Made by a program: the position numbers and the translations under genes. The notes beneath the pieces were generated by a model. That model searched no databases, was not told the DNA's origin, and worked only from the letters and a program-made list of their open reading frames with translations. A stretch of 64,000 bases of DNA from an uncultured Verrucomicrobiae bacterium (GTDB lineage: Bacteria > Verrucomicrobiota > Verrucomicrobiia > Chthoniobacterales > JAFAMB01), in the NCBI GenBank assembly GCA_963837955.1, contig CAWIPH010000002.1:4896001-4960000 (forward strand), written 5' to 3'. Below, one piece after another: positions 12,720-23,960 of the stretch (position 1 is the first letter of the stretch; the number at the start of each line of letters is the position of its first letter).

Positions 12720-15305
12720 ATGCCTCGCCATCCCGATGAAAAAGTAGACCCGGTAAATGTAGCCGAGGAGATGTCCAAGTCGTTTTTGGACTACTCCATG
12801 TCGGTAATCATCTCCCGGGCTCTGCCGGATGCTCGGGACGGATTGAAACCCTCTCAGCGGCGAATCTTGTATTCGATGAACGGGCTCGGCGTGCTTCCAA
12901 ACCGGAAACATACCAAGTGCGCCAAGATCGTGGGTGAAACGATGGGTAACTACCACCCGCATGGCGACATGGCCATCTATCCGACTCTCGTCCACATGGC
13001 TCAACCATGGGCGATGCGGGAAAGGTTAGTTGACGGGCAAGGCAATTTCGGATCGATGGACGGCGATCCCCCCGCTTCCATGCGGTATACCGAAGCCCGG
13101 CTCACTCAGCTCGGCGCGATTCTGATGGAGGACATGGAACGGGATACGGTTGATTTCGTTCCAAATTACGATGAAACCACCAGAGAACCGACTGTCTTTC
13201 CGGCAGCCTTCCCCAATCTCTTGGTAAACGGAGGCACCGGGATCGCCGTAGGGATGGCAACGAATATCCCGCCGCATAATCTTGGTGAAATTGTCGACGC
13301 TATTTGCGAGCTGATCGATAACGCCGATCTCTCAGTCGATCGGCTCCTGGAGCTGGTCAAAGGTCCCGATTTTCCCACCGGATGCACCATCTGCGGGACT
13401 AGCGGCATTCGCCAGTACTTCGAAACCGGCCGCGGCAGCATCAAGGTACGTGGCAATGCGACAATTGAAGCCGGAAAACAGAACCGTGAGTCGATTGTTA
13501 TTACGGAGATCCCGTACAACGTAAATCGTGCGGATTTGATCAAACGCATCGCCGCCCTGATCCAAGACAAGGTGATAACCGAGATCGCGGACGTCCGTGA
13601 TCTCTCCGACGAAAATACCCGGATCGAACTTGAGCTGAAGCGCGATGCGAACGCCAATGTCGTGCTGAATAATCTCTACAAACACACCGCGTTAGAGAGC
13701 TCTTTCGCCGTGAACATGCTGGCGATTGATCATGGTCGACCAAAACTGCTTTCAGTTCGGGAGGCTTTACACTGCTTCATTGAACACCGCCGGGAGGTGG
13801 TCTTACGGCGGACACGCTATCTTCTACGCCAGGCTGAGAACCGGGCGGAAGCGTTAGAAGGCTATCTCATCGCGTTGGCCAATTTGGATGATTTCATCGA
13901 AATCATTCGGAATTCGGCGAATCGGGAAGAGGCTCGGGTCAAGTTGCTCGCCTACGAATTCACCAGGCAGCAGGTAGAGCACTTCGGTATCCGGGTTCGC
14001 AGCGAAGCACGGCTGGTAGAGGGACGGTACGCCTTCAGTGACACACAGGCCGATCAGATCTTGGAGTTGCGACTCTATCAACTTACCGGTTTGGAACGGG
14101 AGAAGATCGTCAATGAATACGGAGAGTTGCTTCTGCGCATCCATGACCTGGTCGACATTCTCGATCGAGCAGATCGAGTGATGAATATCATCAAAGAAGA
14201 ACTGCAGAAGGTAAGAGAAAAGTACGATTCGCCGCGACTCACGCAGATCGTGCCGGCAGAGGGTGATATTGATATCGAAGATCTGATTGCCAACGAGGGA
14301 TGCATCATCACCATCACGCATGGCGGATACATCAAGCGAACTCCGGAAAGTGAATTTCGCGCCCAGCGCCGCGGCGGCCGGGGCGTCATCGGTATGGCAA
14401 CCCGCGAGGCGCAGATCGAAGGGGAAGAAGGAGACTTCGTCGAACACCTGTTTACGGCGAGTACTCACGATTCTCTGATGTTTTTCACGCGAACAGGTCG
14501 GTGCTACGTGGAGAAGGTCTACGAAATCCCCCAAATGAGCCGTGCCTCGAAGGGGCGCTCGATGGCGAACCTCCTGGAATTGCGCCCGGAGGAGAAAATT
14601 GCAGCTACGCTCCGGATCGAAGCCAAAGGGGAAAATGGAGATGCCGAGACGAGCACTTGGAATCCTGAGCTCCATATCATGTTTGCCACCCGAAGCGGGC
14701 TAGTGAAAAAGACTAATTTGTCGGACTTCGCCAACGTCCGGAAAGGCGGAATTATCGCCGTACAGATCGAGGAGAACGATGAATTAATCGATGCGCTGCT
14801 TACTAATGGTAGCGACGAGGTGGTGCTTATTACCCACAACGGAATGAGCATTCGTTTCCATGAAGAGGAAGCCCGCGATATGGGACGGAACGCGGTCGGA
14901 GTGTGGGGCATCCGTCCGGAGGAAGGGGATGAAGTGGTCGGAATTGCTAAGGTTGTCCCGGATGCGATGTTGCTTGTTGCCGGTTCAAACGGGATAGGAA
15001 AACGAACTGGGTTCGATGCTTACCGGCGCCAGTCGCGAGGCGGGAAAGGGATCATCACAATGAAGACCAGTGACCGAACGGGTGACGTAATCGGGGCTCT
15101 CACCGTTCACGAATCGGATGAGGTGATGCTCATCACGACCGGCGGGCAAATGGTTCGGATTCGTGTGAAGGAAATTCGCGAGGCCGGGCGGAACACAATG
15201 GGGGTAAAACTCATCGATCTAATCGAGGGAGAAAAACTGCAGGATATTGCCCCGGTAGTCTCGCAGGATGTGATGGAGGGAAGCGACGACTCTCCGGAAA
15301 GCTGA
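12720..15305 (+). CDS. gyrA: DNA gyrase subunit A
   Basis: RALPDARDGLKP, YHPHGD, SMRYTEARL, GyrA-box QRRGGRG. Confidence 0.98.
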   Translation: MPRHPDEKVDPVNVAEEMSKSFLDYSMSVIISRALPDARDGLKPSQRRILYSMNGLGVLPNRKHTKCAKIVGETMGNYHPHGDMAIYPTLVHMAQPWAMRERLVDGQGNFGSMDGDPPASMRYTEARLTQLGAILMEDMERDTVDFVPNYDETTREPTVFPAAFPNLLVNGGTGIAVGMATNIPPHNLGEIVDAICELIDNADLSVDRLLELVKGPDFPTGCTICGTSGIRQYFETGRGSIKVRGNATIEAGKQNRESIVITEIPYNVNRADLIKRIAALIQDKVITEIADVRDLSDENTRIELELKRDANANVVLNNLYKHTALESSFAVNMLAIDHGRPKLLSVREALHCFIEHRREVVLRRTRYLLRQAENRAEALEGYLIALANLDDFIEIIRNSANREEARVKLLAYEFTRQQVEHFGIRVRSEARLVEGRYAFSDTQADQILELRLYQLTGLEREKIVNEYGELLLRIHDLVDILDRADRVMNIIKEELQKVREKYDSPRLTQIVPAEGDIDIEDLIANEGCIITITHGGYIKRTPESEFRAQRRGGRGVIGMATREAQIEGEEGDFVEHLFTASTHDSLMFFTRTGRCYVEKVYEIPQMSRASKGRSMANLLELRPEEKIAATLRIEAKGENGDAETSTWNPELHIMFATRSGLVKKTNLSDFANVRKGGIIAVQIEENDELIDALLTNGSDEVVLITHNGMSIRFHEEEARDMGRNAVGVWGIRPEEGDEVVGIAKVVPDAMLLVAGSNGIGKRTGFDAYRRQSRGGKGIITMKTSDRTGDVIGALTVHESDEVMLITTGGQMVRIRVKEIREAGRNTMGVKLIDLIEGEKLQDIAPVVSQDVMEGSDDSPES

Positions 15306-15410
15306 CCGGTCCGCAGCGGGCAGATTGGTAAGCGCCAGTCCGCGGGTTTTTTAACCTCGCCAGCGCACGAAATACTAGATGGACGGGCCGCGACGGCTTA
15401 ACTTCGTCCT

Positions 15411-16058
15411 ATGCAGTTGGGCCGAAACCGCATCGAGGCGCTTGCCGACGGTGTGTTCGCGGTCGCGATGACTCTGCTCGTTCTAGACATTAAGGTGCCG
15501 GAATTGCAGCCGCTGGCCGCGGCAGAACTGCCCGCCAAACTGCTCGCTCTCTGGCCCAAATTTCTGAGTTATCTTATTAGCGTCGTTATTCTGGGAGTCT
15601 ACTGGGTCGGGCATCACGCTCAGCTGTCGTTCATCCGACGTGCGGACCGACCCTTGCTTTGGATTAACATTCTTTTTTTACTCTGGGTGGCCCTGGTGCC
15701 TTTTTCGACCGCGCTGCTCAGTGAATACTCAAAAACTCGGATTGCGATCGCGGTCTATGGAGTCAACCTGATCGCAATCGGTCTAACACTCGCGCTTCAT
15801 TGGTGGTACGCCACCACCGAAAACCGTCACGTCGATCCCGACATTCATTCCAACTTGATCCGAGGCGCGATGAAGAGAACGCTGATGGCTCCAATCGTTT
15901 ATCTTGTCGCAATTGCGCTGTCTTTTATTAGAACTGAGTTGAGCCTGGCCCTGTACGCATTGGTTCCGATTCTGTATATCTTTCCGGGCGCGATCGATAT
16001 GCATTGGGGCGGACGCCCGCCAGGCAAATCTAAAACGGACCAGCCCGTGGCGAAATAG
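15411..16058 (+). CDS. TMEM175-family potassium channel (DUF1211)
   Basis: RIEALADGVFAVAMTLLVL and YWVGHH motifs; ~6 TM segments. Confidence 0.9.
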   Translation: MQLGRNRIEALADGVFAVAMTLLVLDIKVPELQPLAAAELPAKLLALWPKFLSYLISVVILGVYWVGHHAQLSFIRRADRPLLWINILFLLWVALVPFSTALLSEYSKTRIAIAVYGVNLIAIGLTLALHWWYATTENRHVDPDIHSNLIRGAMKRTLMAPIVYLVAIALSFIRTELSLALYALVPILYIFPGAIDMHWGGRPPGKSKTDQPVAK

Positions 16059-16166
16059 ATCCCGGACCGTTGGTTAAATTCGCTGGTCGGATGGTCAGAA
16101 CGGCAAGCCGCCGTTCTTCATACAGGAGCAGTTCGTCAGCGCTCTGCGAATACGCTTGCGCTTTGT

Positions 16167-16781
16167 TCAGCGAGGGAGCGAGCGCTCCAGGTTAGTGGCC
16201 ACAAAATGACGGATCGCCTCCAGAATATTCTGGTCGACCTCATCCTGGGTCTGGCCACTTGCCTTGAGTCTGCCTTTGGTGACCACCAGCGAATGATCTC
16301 CGCCCTCGACGACGTGGAGTTCATTGGTCGCCGTCATTTCTCGTCGAACACTCTCCAGCAAATCCAAGGGGCAGAGCGGGTCGCGCGTTCCTTGCACGAA
16401 CAAAACTGGCGTCGACAATGCGCGGAGCACTTCGGCCCGCAGCCTGGTCCGATCCCCCCCTCCGCAAAGCGGGTAACCAAGGCAAACGACGGCAGCTACA
16501 TCTTCGACCAATGCGAGATGGCATCCGACTCGCCCTCCAAGACTTTTTCCGATAAGAACGGTCGGCCCGTCGTGTGCGTGCCGGGCTTGAGCCAGCGCTT
16601 CCCGATGAGCGGCAATAAGCTTCGGCAGCGGATCAGGCCGTTTGCTTCCTTTTTCCATATACGGATAGTCGAAAGCGTAAACGGCGCCGATCGCCGCCAG
16701 CCTCCTGGCCCAACCTTGCATCCATGGATGCGAGGAAGGCGCACCGGCTCCATGAGCAAAGACAAAGATGGGCGTTTCCAT
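16167..16781 (-). CDS. Alpha/beta hydrolase (KANL3/Tex30-like)
   Basis: AHGAGA, GKSLGG nucleophile elbow, QGTRDPL, GGDHSL. Confidence 0.88.
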   Translation of the reverse strand: METPIFVFAHGAGAPSSHPWMQGWARRLAAIGAVYAFDYPYMEKGSKRPDPLPKLIAAHREALAQARHAHDGPTVLIGKSLGGRVGCHLALVEDVAAVVCLGYPLCGGGDRTRLRAEVLRALSTPVLFVQGTRDPLCPLDLLESVRREMTATNELHVVEGGDHSLVVTKGRLKASGQTQDEVDQNILEAIRHFVATNLERSLPR

Positions 16782-17313
16782 GTTGGACTTTTTGCCGGTC
16801 AGGGTCACATCGCTAAAAGCAGATTTTAGCACGTTAGGACGGCAACGATGATCTCATGCGAAAGAGCACCCGGTACAATTTGATTCGAGGCCATGTTTTA
16901 AGGGGCGGCTGTTAAAAACGAATCGTCGGTTGATCCCACACACGGCTCCCGACTCCGCAATGCCTCCTACGTCGCGACCAGCTCTGTAGCGTTCCTCAAG
17001 CGCGCTGCTAGGGCGGGCAAAGGGAAGCGACGGCGGCAAGCCGATCCCGCTGATGCGCTATCAGGCTTTAGGCCCAGCAACCTTGCGTGTGCTGTATGTA
17101 GACCTTACGGATTCAAGGGTAAACCCTTAAACCGCGAGCCTCCTGAGCCACCATGACGCTTTTTTCACTACCTGTAGCTTTCCACGCTTATCTTTTTGGC
17201 CGAAAGCGCCACTCTGGCACAGTCCAAATGCGAAACGAGAACTTTTCAAACTTCGCAATTTTTGCGGGTTGCCTGCCCGAATTTGCTCTCTAGACTTTAG
17301 GGCACTTCTTCTT

Positions 17314-17763
17314 ATGGGAAAGCGAAAGAGGAAATTGTCAGTCAAGAGGCTTCCACTCCAACGGGAGCTCGATTTTTTTCACGAGGGCGAGTACTTCGAT
17401 CTCAAGGCAATTTTCAACAAGATAAACGCCGAGTATTTCAACAATGCCCTCAAAGGATACGCGATTACGTGGGGGAGACGCCGGAGATTGCCGCCGAAAG
17501 AGTATTTCGTCTTCGGCACCATCCAAGAAGAAGACCGTATCATCAGGATTCATCCTCTTTTGGATGCTCCGTTCGTGCCTACCTGGTTTTTGGAGTACGT
17601 GATTTACCACGAAATGCTCCACGCGATCGTGCCTGAGGAGGTAGACGAAACCGGTCGTCGCAGGGTCCACACATCGGAATTTTATCGCAGGGAGCAAAAA
17701 TTTCACTGCTACCAGCGGGCCCGTCGCTGGGAAGACGAAAACCTCGATCGTTTTCTCCGCTGA
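17314..17763 (+). CDS. Small zinc metallopeptidase-like protein (SprT/M48-like)
   Basis: EYVIYHEMLH (HExxH) plus downstream VHTSEF. Confidence 0.75.
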   Translation: MGKRKRKLSVKRLPLQRELDFFHEGEYFDLKAIFNKINAEYFNNALKGYAITWGRRRRLPPKEYFVFGTIQEEDRIIRIHPLLDAPFVPTWFLEYVIYHEMLHAIVPEEVDETGRRRVHTSEFYRREQKFHCYQRARRWEDENLDRFLR

Positions 17764-17771
17764 GCTAGCTG

Positions 17772-18107
17772 ATGTGTGGTGATGTTCGGGTGGTTTTCTG
17801 CACGTTTCCCGATCCTGAAACTGCCCGCAAGATTGCCAGAGCCGCGGTGGAGCAGCGCTACGCGGCATGCGCTAATCTGGTGCCGGGCCTCCAATCAATT
17901 TATCGTTGGCGCGGTTTAGTCGAGCAAACGATCGAAACTTTAGTGATCTATAAGACTTCAGCGACCCGCTACCCTGATTTGGAGGCGTTTCTATTGCGAT
18001 CTCACCCGTACGAGGTTCCCGAGATCATCGCTCTCCCCTTATCTTCGGGATCTGCCTCCTACCTTCGTTGGGTGCTCGATAATTCTGTTCCAGAGCCAGG
18101 ATCGTGA
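17772..18107 (+). CDS. cutA: Divalent-cation tolerance protein CutA
   Basis: AACAN, SIYRWRG, HPYEVPEII. Confidence 0.93.
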   Translation: MCGDVRVVFCTFPDPETARKIARAAVEQRYAACANLVPGLQSIYRWRGLVEQTIETLVIYKTSATRYPDLEAFLLRSHPYEVPEIIALPLSSGSASYLRWVLDNSVPEPGS

Positions 18108-18233
18108 CGCGTACGTGGTAAGGGTCCCGCGACCGGGCATCTGCATTGATCCTTCGGGCAAGCGTCGTAAAAAAGACATTCAAGCGTGCGCTCCCGCTGA
18201 GGCGTTTTTCGCTTCCGGTTGCCACTACGCTAC

Positions 18234-18265
18234 AAAAAAAAGGACCGGCGCAATGCCGGTCCTTT
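18234..18265 (-). terminator. Rho-independent terminator of bamA-skp
   Basis: Minus strand AAAGGACCGGC-ATTGC-GCCGGTCC followed by T8. Confidence 0.85.
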
Positions 18266-18295
18266 CGTGCAAACGTAGCAACTAACAGCGAATGA

Positions 18296-18982
18296 TTAGG
18301 GCTTCTTGGTGGGGCTGGGGAATCCACCCGGTTTGGTTGTAGTAGCCGGAGTATTTGTTCCGGAAGGTTGCGCCGAAGATTTCGGACTGGGGGTACCCGT
18401 CGGCCGATTCGCGTTCAGCTTGGCGATTACGACATCGCTAAAATCCATGTTGTCTTTCGCATAGACTAGCACGGTGGTTCCCAGACCGGCACTGCGTCCG
18501 GACTTATCGAGAACGAGGTCATAGCTTTGAGTCTTCACCTGGTCGCTGACAACCTTCATGATGTCATCCACCAAGCCAGAAACCATGTGGTTCTGCTCTT
18601 CCTGAAGCTGCTTGGAACGAGAATCGCGGAATTCGGTCATCTCTTTTTCCAGACCCTGCTCTTCGGAGATCTTGGCGTCTCGCTCTTGAGCTTTCTGATC
18701 CTTGGTCGCGGCACTTACGTCCGGACGATTCATTTCCTCGTTCAGTTTGTTGATGGCGTCGATATCTTTTTTGCGCGTGTCCATGCGCTGATTCAGCTCG
18801 TCGTTCGCGGCTTTTTGCGCCTCTTCCAGTTTCTCTTTCGCCTCCTGTGTTTTGTAGTAGGCAGCGAGCACCTTCTGCATATCAATCGTGCCAATCTTAA
18901 GTTGTTGAGCCTGGACTGGGGCAGACAAAAGCGCGCTAGCCATGCAAAGGCCGGCAATCGCAACGAATCGGGATTTCATCAT
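18296..18982 (-). CDS. skp: OmpH/Skp periplasmic chaperone
   Basis: Signal peptide, KIGTIDMQKV, coiled coil, YDLVLDKS; follows bamA. Confidence 0.9.
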   Translation of the reverse strand: MMKSRFVAIAGLCMASALLSAPVQAQQLKIGTIDMQKVLAAYYKTQEAKEKLEEAQKAANDELNQRMDTRKKDIDAINKLNEEMNRPDVSAATKDQKAQERDAKISEEQGLEKEMTEFRDSRSKQLQEEQNHMVSGLVDDIMKVVSDQVKTQSYDLVLDKSGRSAGLGTTVLVYAKDNMDFSDVVIAKLNANRPTGTPSPKSSAQPSGTNTPATTTKPGGFPSPTKKP

Positions 18983-19050
18983 ATTAATACACTTACTAAG
19001 ACTAATAGCGTGGCTGGGTTTGATTTCAGACCGCTGTCGACAAATTCCGT

Positions 19051-21432
19051 TCAAAATTGGTAACCAACACTGAACTGGAACCGGCCACTTGAGTTGTTGA
19101 ATTTGTCGGCCTGAACTGGAATACCGTAGTCGATCCGGATTGGACCAATCGGTAAATCGAGACGAAGGCCGAAGCCAAAGTCTGAATTGATATTGCTCGT
19201 GGAGAAACTCCAAGAACCAGAATTCACAAATCCAGTATCGTAGAAAACCGCAGCCCGCACTCGCTCAACAATCGGGATGGTATATTCAATCGTCAGACGG
19301 GCAAGCGAATTTCCACCGATATCGTCACCAAAGGAGTCCTTGGGCCCGACGTCTTGAAACTTAAATCCGCGAAGGTTATTCGCGCCGCCCAGGTAAAGGC
19401 GATCGTAGATCGGGACACTGCCTCCTCCTCCCCAGGTGGCCACCGTGGCAATCTCGGCGTCAAAGAGCAGGATCGTATCAAAGGGCAGGTGGAAATATTG
19501 AGAGGCGCTTAGATCAAACCCGTAAATCTGAACGTCGCCGCCGAGCGGGCCGCCCGCGACATAGGTCGAAAAGTCGACCCGGGTGCCTTTGCGGGTCAAG
19601 AAAGCGTTATCCCTCTTGTCGTAGGTGAGCTCAAAAGTCATCCGGCTTTCCAGAGTGTTTCCAGCTTGCGCAAGTACGATCGGGTCGGTGGTGCTAACGC
19701 CGTAGACCTCAGTATCTTGCAGGCGATACTGGACTCGGGCAGCCAGGAAATTCGTGATCGGCTTCCGCAGAAATATGTCGAAACCATAATTCCGCTCATT
19801 GTAGACATTGCTGTAATATTGCGAATCGAGATAATAAACTTCCTCGCCGAGCGCCAAACGTTGATCGAGGAAATAGGGCTCGGTGAGTGAGATCAATGCT
19901 TGAGTCTGCAAGGTTCCGATCTGGAAGCGAGCGCGGAACTTTTCGCCTGCGCCGGTAAAGGTACGCCAGTTGGTGATATCGAAATTCCCCTGATTCAACT
20001 CGGCGAAACCGACTAACCCTTGGTTAGAATCAAAACCGAGGCCGAAGTTCAACGAACCCGTTCGCTTCTCCTGCACCACTACGTTCAGATCTTTTCGGCC
20101 GGGTACGAGTGTATCCGACGCATAAGCATCGACTTTTTCGAAATACTGGAGCCCCTCCAGACGTTTCTTACTGATATCTACTCGAACGGTATCAAATACA
20201 TCTCCTGGAGCCAAAACGAGTTCTCGGCGAATCACCTTGTCTTTGGTTCGAGTGTTTCCGCTGATATTGATCCGCTCTACGTACGACTTGATCCCCTCCT
20301 CAACTTTCCAATGAAGATCCACTAACGCTGGCCCAGCCGGAGTCGTCTGGACTGTAACCTTTGCGTCGGCATAACCCGCTATACCGTAAGCATCCTCCAC
20401 CGCTTTGATATCCTTCTCCAATTTACTCGGTGAAAAGACTTGGCCTTCGGTTTCCTTAATCACCTTCCGAAAATTCGCTTCGGTGACAATCTGAATACCT
20501 TCTATCGTAACCAGGTTAATGTGATATTGGGCTCCCTCGGTGACATAAATAAAGATGTCGACTTTCTTGGGGTTGACTCGTTCGATTTTGACATCAGTGA
20601 TCTGCACGTCTGCGTAGCCATTGTCTTGATAAAGGGCTTTTATTTTCTGAGCGTCATCATCCAACTGCACGCTGCTCAAGCGGCCGGCACCCGTGATGAA
20701 GCCCAAGATGTTGCTCTCTTTCGTCTTCATCTCCTTCTTTAATCGACCGGCTTTGAGCGCCTGATTCCCATAGAAGCGAATATGCCGAACGGTCGCTTTG
20801 GCTCCTTCGCTAATGGCGTAAGTGACGGTCGCCGTCCCTTGATCCTCATTGGTCGCCAGTTTGTATTGGACGTCCACATCGGGGAATCCACGTTTCTGGT
20901 AGAGATCAACGATCTTCTGGCGAGCTTGTTCCAAGACCTGTTCATCCAAAGGAGAATTAATCTTCAAATTAATCTCCCGGCGGATCCGAGAAATGCTCAC
21001 CTTCTCGGCGCCTTGAATATATACACCGGCCAGCGTGACTCTCGTCTGAACGACGACGATGACTTTTACCCCGTCCGGTAACGGTTCACCGTAAATTCGT
21101 ACGTTGGTAACTAGTCCCGTTGCGTAAAGAGCACGAACATCATCTTCAACGGTTGTTTCCGAATAAGGCTGACCAACCGTCGTTTTCATGTTGGTCAAGA
21201 TCCGCTGCCGGCTCAAAGTGGCCGGACCGGCATATTGAATCTCGATTTGGCGAACAATCGGAGAAGGCTGCCTTGGAGCCGGAGTCGGTACGGAACTTGG
21301 CGGAGGCTGTACGGCACTTGGCGGAGTCGGCTGCTGAGCGGCGGGTTGTTGCGCTTGGGCTGCGACAGCGAGCGAGGCGCCCAGAACAGCGGACAACACC
21401 CAGTTCCGGCAGAAGAGACTCTTTTGGTTCAT
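19051..21432 (-). CDS. bamA: Outer membrane protein assembly factor BamA
   Basis: POTRA repeats (GNTRTKDKVIRRE), LRGF motif, PIGPIRIDYG, C-terminal aromatic residue. Confidence 0.96.
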   Translation of the reverse strand: MNQKSLFCRNWVLSAVLGASLAVAAQAQQPAAQQPTPPSAVQPPPSSVPTPAPRQPSPIVRQIEIQYAGPATLSRQRILTNMKTTVGQPYSETTVEDDVRALYATGLVTNVRIYGEPLPDGVKVIVVVQTRVTLAGVYIQGAEKVSISRIRREINLKINSPLDEQVLEQARQKIVDLYQKRGFPDVDVQYKLATNEDQGTATVTYAISEGAKATVRHIRFYGNQALKAGRLKKEMKTKESNILGFITGAGRLSSVQLDDDAQKIKALYQDNGYADVQITDVKIERVNPKKVDIFIYVTEGAQYHINLVTIEGIQIVTEANFRKVIKETEGQVFSPSKLEKDIKAVEDAYGIAGYADAKVTVQTTPAGPALVDLHWKVEEGIKSYVERINISGNTRTKDKVIRRELVLAPGDVFDTVRVDISKKRLEGLQYFEKVDAYASDTLVPGRKDLNVVVQEKRTGSLNFGLGFDSNQGLVGFAELNQGNFDITNWRTFTGAGEKFRARFQIGTLQTQALISLTEPYFLDQRLALGEEVYYLDSQYYSNVYNERNYGFDIFLRKPITNFLAARVQYRLQDTEVYGVSTTDPIVLAQAGNTLESRMTFELTYDKRDNAFLTRKGTRVDFSTYVAGGPLGGDVQIYGFDLSASQYFHLPFDTILLFDAEIATVATWGGGGSVPIYDRLYLGGANNLRGFKFQDVGPKDSFGDDIGGNSLARLTIEYTIPIVERVRAAVFYDTGFVNSGSWSFSTSNINSDFGFGLRLDLPIGPIRIDYGIPVQADKFNNSSGRFQFSVGYQF

Positions 21433-21675
21433 AAATGAATAGCTGAGAGGACAATCAAGGCGAATGGCCGTAATTCATGGCAAGGCTGTCCTAAACGTCA
21501 ACAGGAAAAACCTTTTAGACCAGAGGGGGAGCTGGCATTTCGGATGAAAGTCAGCGCAAGGATGACAAAACGGTAATCGATACGTCACGCACAAATTTCA
21601 GATCGACGTCAAAGATTCCGTAAATTCCGCAGATGCCAGATGGCTCGCTAAAATCAGCTCGATTGCGCAGAGCAC

Positions 21676-22767
21676 TCAGTCGACCAACTGGTAATGATTA
21701 TTTCGAGCTCGGGGCTGGTACCCCGCATCCGAAATGACTCGCTCCATTTCGTCGCGAGTCAGTCTGAATGTGGTGCCAGCGCTGCTGACCACATTCTCCT
21801 CCATCATTACCGATCCGTAATCGTTGGCACCAAAACGCAAAGCCACCTGGCCAATTCTCGGCCCTTGAGTCACCCAAGAGCTTTGCAAATTCTCGATGTT
21901 ATCTAAATAGATTCGAGCAAGCGCCTGTGTCCTCAGATATTCGGCCGAGCCCACCGGTGAAGCCTTCAACACCACATTTTCCGGCTGGAACGTCCAGCAG
22001 ATGAAAGCCGTGAACCCTCCCGTTCTATCTTGGAGCTCTCTCAGCCGCTCCAGATGTTCTATCCGGTCGGGTATCGTCTCCACATGGCCAAACATCATCG
22101 TCGCGCTACTTCTCAAGCCTTCTTCGTGGGCTATCTCCATTACTTTGAGCCACTGTTCCGTGTTGCACTTGAGAGGTGAGATCCGGTTTCGGACGCGATC
22201 TACCAAAATTTCACCGCCGCCGCCCGGAATCGAACCCAGGCCAGCCGCCTTAAATCGCACGATAACCTCCCGCAATGGCATCTGGAACACCTCGGCAAAA
22301 TGGTTGAATTCAGGTGGACTGAATCCGTGAATGTTTACTTGCGGATACTTTTCCCGAAGGTGGCTCAACAAATCGAGGTAATAGTCAATGCCGAGCCGCG
22401 GGTGATGCCCGCCTTGCATTAAGATCTGAATGCCTCCGATCGACACGAGTTCATCGATCTTCTGATCGATCTGTTCGTGGGTCAGGACGTAGTGGTCCTT
22501 GTCGCGTTCCGTTCGATAGAATGCACAAAACTTGCAATACACGTTGCAGACGTTCGTGTAGTTGATGTTTCGCTCGACAATATAGGTGACGATCTCGTTT
22601 CCCCGCCGATCGTAAGCATCTATTTTCGCTCTGTTCCGGCGATGGTCCGCCAGCGCCCCCAGCTCCTGGAGCGGGAGATTATACAACTCGAGGGCTTCAT
22701 CGGAAGTAATCCGCTCCCCGGCTAGAACCTTGTCTACGATCGTCGACTCATCAATCCCAGCATTCAT
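21676..22767 (-). CDS. mqnC: Cyclic dehypoxanthinyl futalosine synthase (radical SAM)
   Basis: NINYTNVCNVYCKFCAF, IPGGGGEIL, ATMMFGHVE, SSWVTQG, MEENVVSSAG. Confidence 0.88.
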   Translation of the reverse strand: MNAGIDESTIVDKVLAGERITSDEALELYNLPLQELGALADHRRNRAKIDAYDRRGNEIVTYIVERNINYTNVCNVYCKFCAFYRTERDKDHYVLTHEQIDQKIDELVSIGGIQILMQGGHHPRLGIDYYLDLLSHLREKYPQVNIHGFSPPEFNHFAEVFQMPLREVIVRFKAAGLGSIPGGGGEILVDRVRNRISPLKCNTEQWLKVMEIAHEEGLRSSATMMFGHVETIPDRIEHLERLRELQDRTGGFTAFICWTFQPENVVLKASPVGSAEYLRTQALARIYLDNIENLQSSWVTQGPRIGQVALRFGANDYGSVMMEENVVSSAGTTFRLTRDEMERVISDAGYQPRARNNHYQLVD

Positions 22768-22845
22768 TCGGTGAACTAATAGTAAGATGTTTCATTGTAT
22801 TTTCCACTGACCGAACAATAATCTCGCAAAAGCGGAGCCGATTGC

Positions 22846-23868
22846 GTGGCGGAAAATTTTTATCAGGAAACCGTTCAATCACCAAAAAGTGCCTTTGATC
22901 TCTCTCTAAGGCCGCCGCTTTTCAGCGAGTTTCAGGGCCAATTGCGCGTGCGAGAGCGCCTGGAACTAATGGTGACTGCGGCTAAGCAACGAGAAGACGT
23001 GTTGGAACATGTGTTGTTGAGCGGGCCGCCAGGGCTTGGAAAAACCACCCTTGCCTTCATCCTGGCTAACGCGATGAGCGTCAATATCAAGAGTACGAGC
23101 GGGCCAATGATCGAAAAGGCAGGCGATCTTGCCGGTCTGCTGACGACTCTGGAAAGAGGCGATATCCTGTTTATCGATGAGATCCATCGGCTCCAGCCTG
23201 CAATCGAAGAGTATCTTTATCCTGCCATGGAGGACTTTCGTTTGGACATCATCATCGATCAGGGTCCAAACGCTCGGAGCGTCCGACTCAATCTCCCAAA
23301 ATTCACGCTGGTTGGCGCCACTACCAGAGCGGGTTTGATTAGCGCGCCGCTCCGTTCCCGATTCGGAATGACTTCTCGTCTTGACTACTACGCGGCAGCA
23401 GAGCTCAGCCAAATTATCGAACGAAGTGCTGGTTTGATTCAGGTTGGTATTGATGCTGAAGGCGCTCTTGAGATCGCCACCCGCTCTCGGGGAACCCCCC
23501 GCGTCGCCAATAACCTGCTGCGCTGGGTCCGAGATTACGCTCAGGTAAAAGGCGATGGATTCATCAATCAGACTACGGCTGATCGTGCCTTACAAATGCT
23601 AGACATCGATGACGACGGGCTGGACGAAATGGACAAGCGCCTGTTAGAGGCATTGGTCTCACGCTTTCACGGCGGACCGGTTGGAATCAGCTCGTTGGCT
23701 GTGGCAGTCGGCGAGGATTCCGGAACTATAGAGGAAGTCAATGAACCTTATCTCATCCAGGAAGGCTACCTTATGCGCACTGCCCAAGGACGAGTTGCGT
23801 TGCCTAAGGCGTACCAAAAATTGGGCCTTAAAATCCCGCCGGGAGGGCGGCAGAACGAATTGTTTTAG
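22846..23868 (+). CDS. ruvB: Holliday junction helicase RuvB
   Basis: [36 protein letters not shown]. Confidence 0.98.
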   Translation: MAENFYQETVQSPKSAFDLSLRPPLFSEFQGQLRVRERLELMVTAAKQREDVLEHVLLSGPPGLGKTTLAFILANAMSVNIKSTSGPMIEKAGDLAGLLTTLERGDILFIDEIHRLQPAIEEYLYPAMEDFRLDIIIDQGPNARSVRLNLPKFTLVGATTRAGLISAPLRSRFGMTSRLDYYAAAELSQIIERSAGLIQVGIDAEGALEIATRSRGTPRVANNLLRWVRDYAQVKGDGFINQTTADRALQMLDIDDDGLDEMDKRLLEALVSRFHGGPVGISSLAVAVGEDSGTIEEVNEPYLIQEGYLMRTAQGRVALPKAYQKLGLKIPPGGRQNELF

Positions 23869-23960
23869 CTATTTTCTTCCGCATTCTAGTTTCCATGTTC
23901 ACGTCCACCCGGTTGCTACTTCGCGGATCACCTAATTTTGGGACTGCAAACCTGAACCGT

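Noticed and set aside
13854..14675. 273-aa antisense ORF within gyrA, and similar shadows such as 56712-57497, 6242-6973 and 16206-16829
   Set aside because: They overlap well-supported genes on the opposite strand and carry no motifs, as expected from codon bias.
16833..17313. 480-bp intergenic gap as a possible ncRNA
   Set aside because: No convincing stem set, terminator or known motif was found; it is probably promoter sequence plus gene debris.
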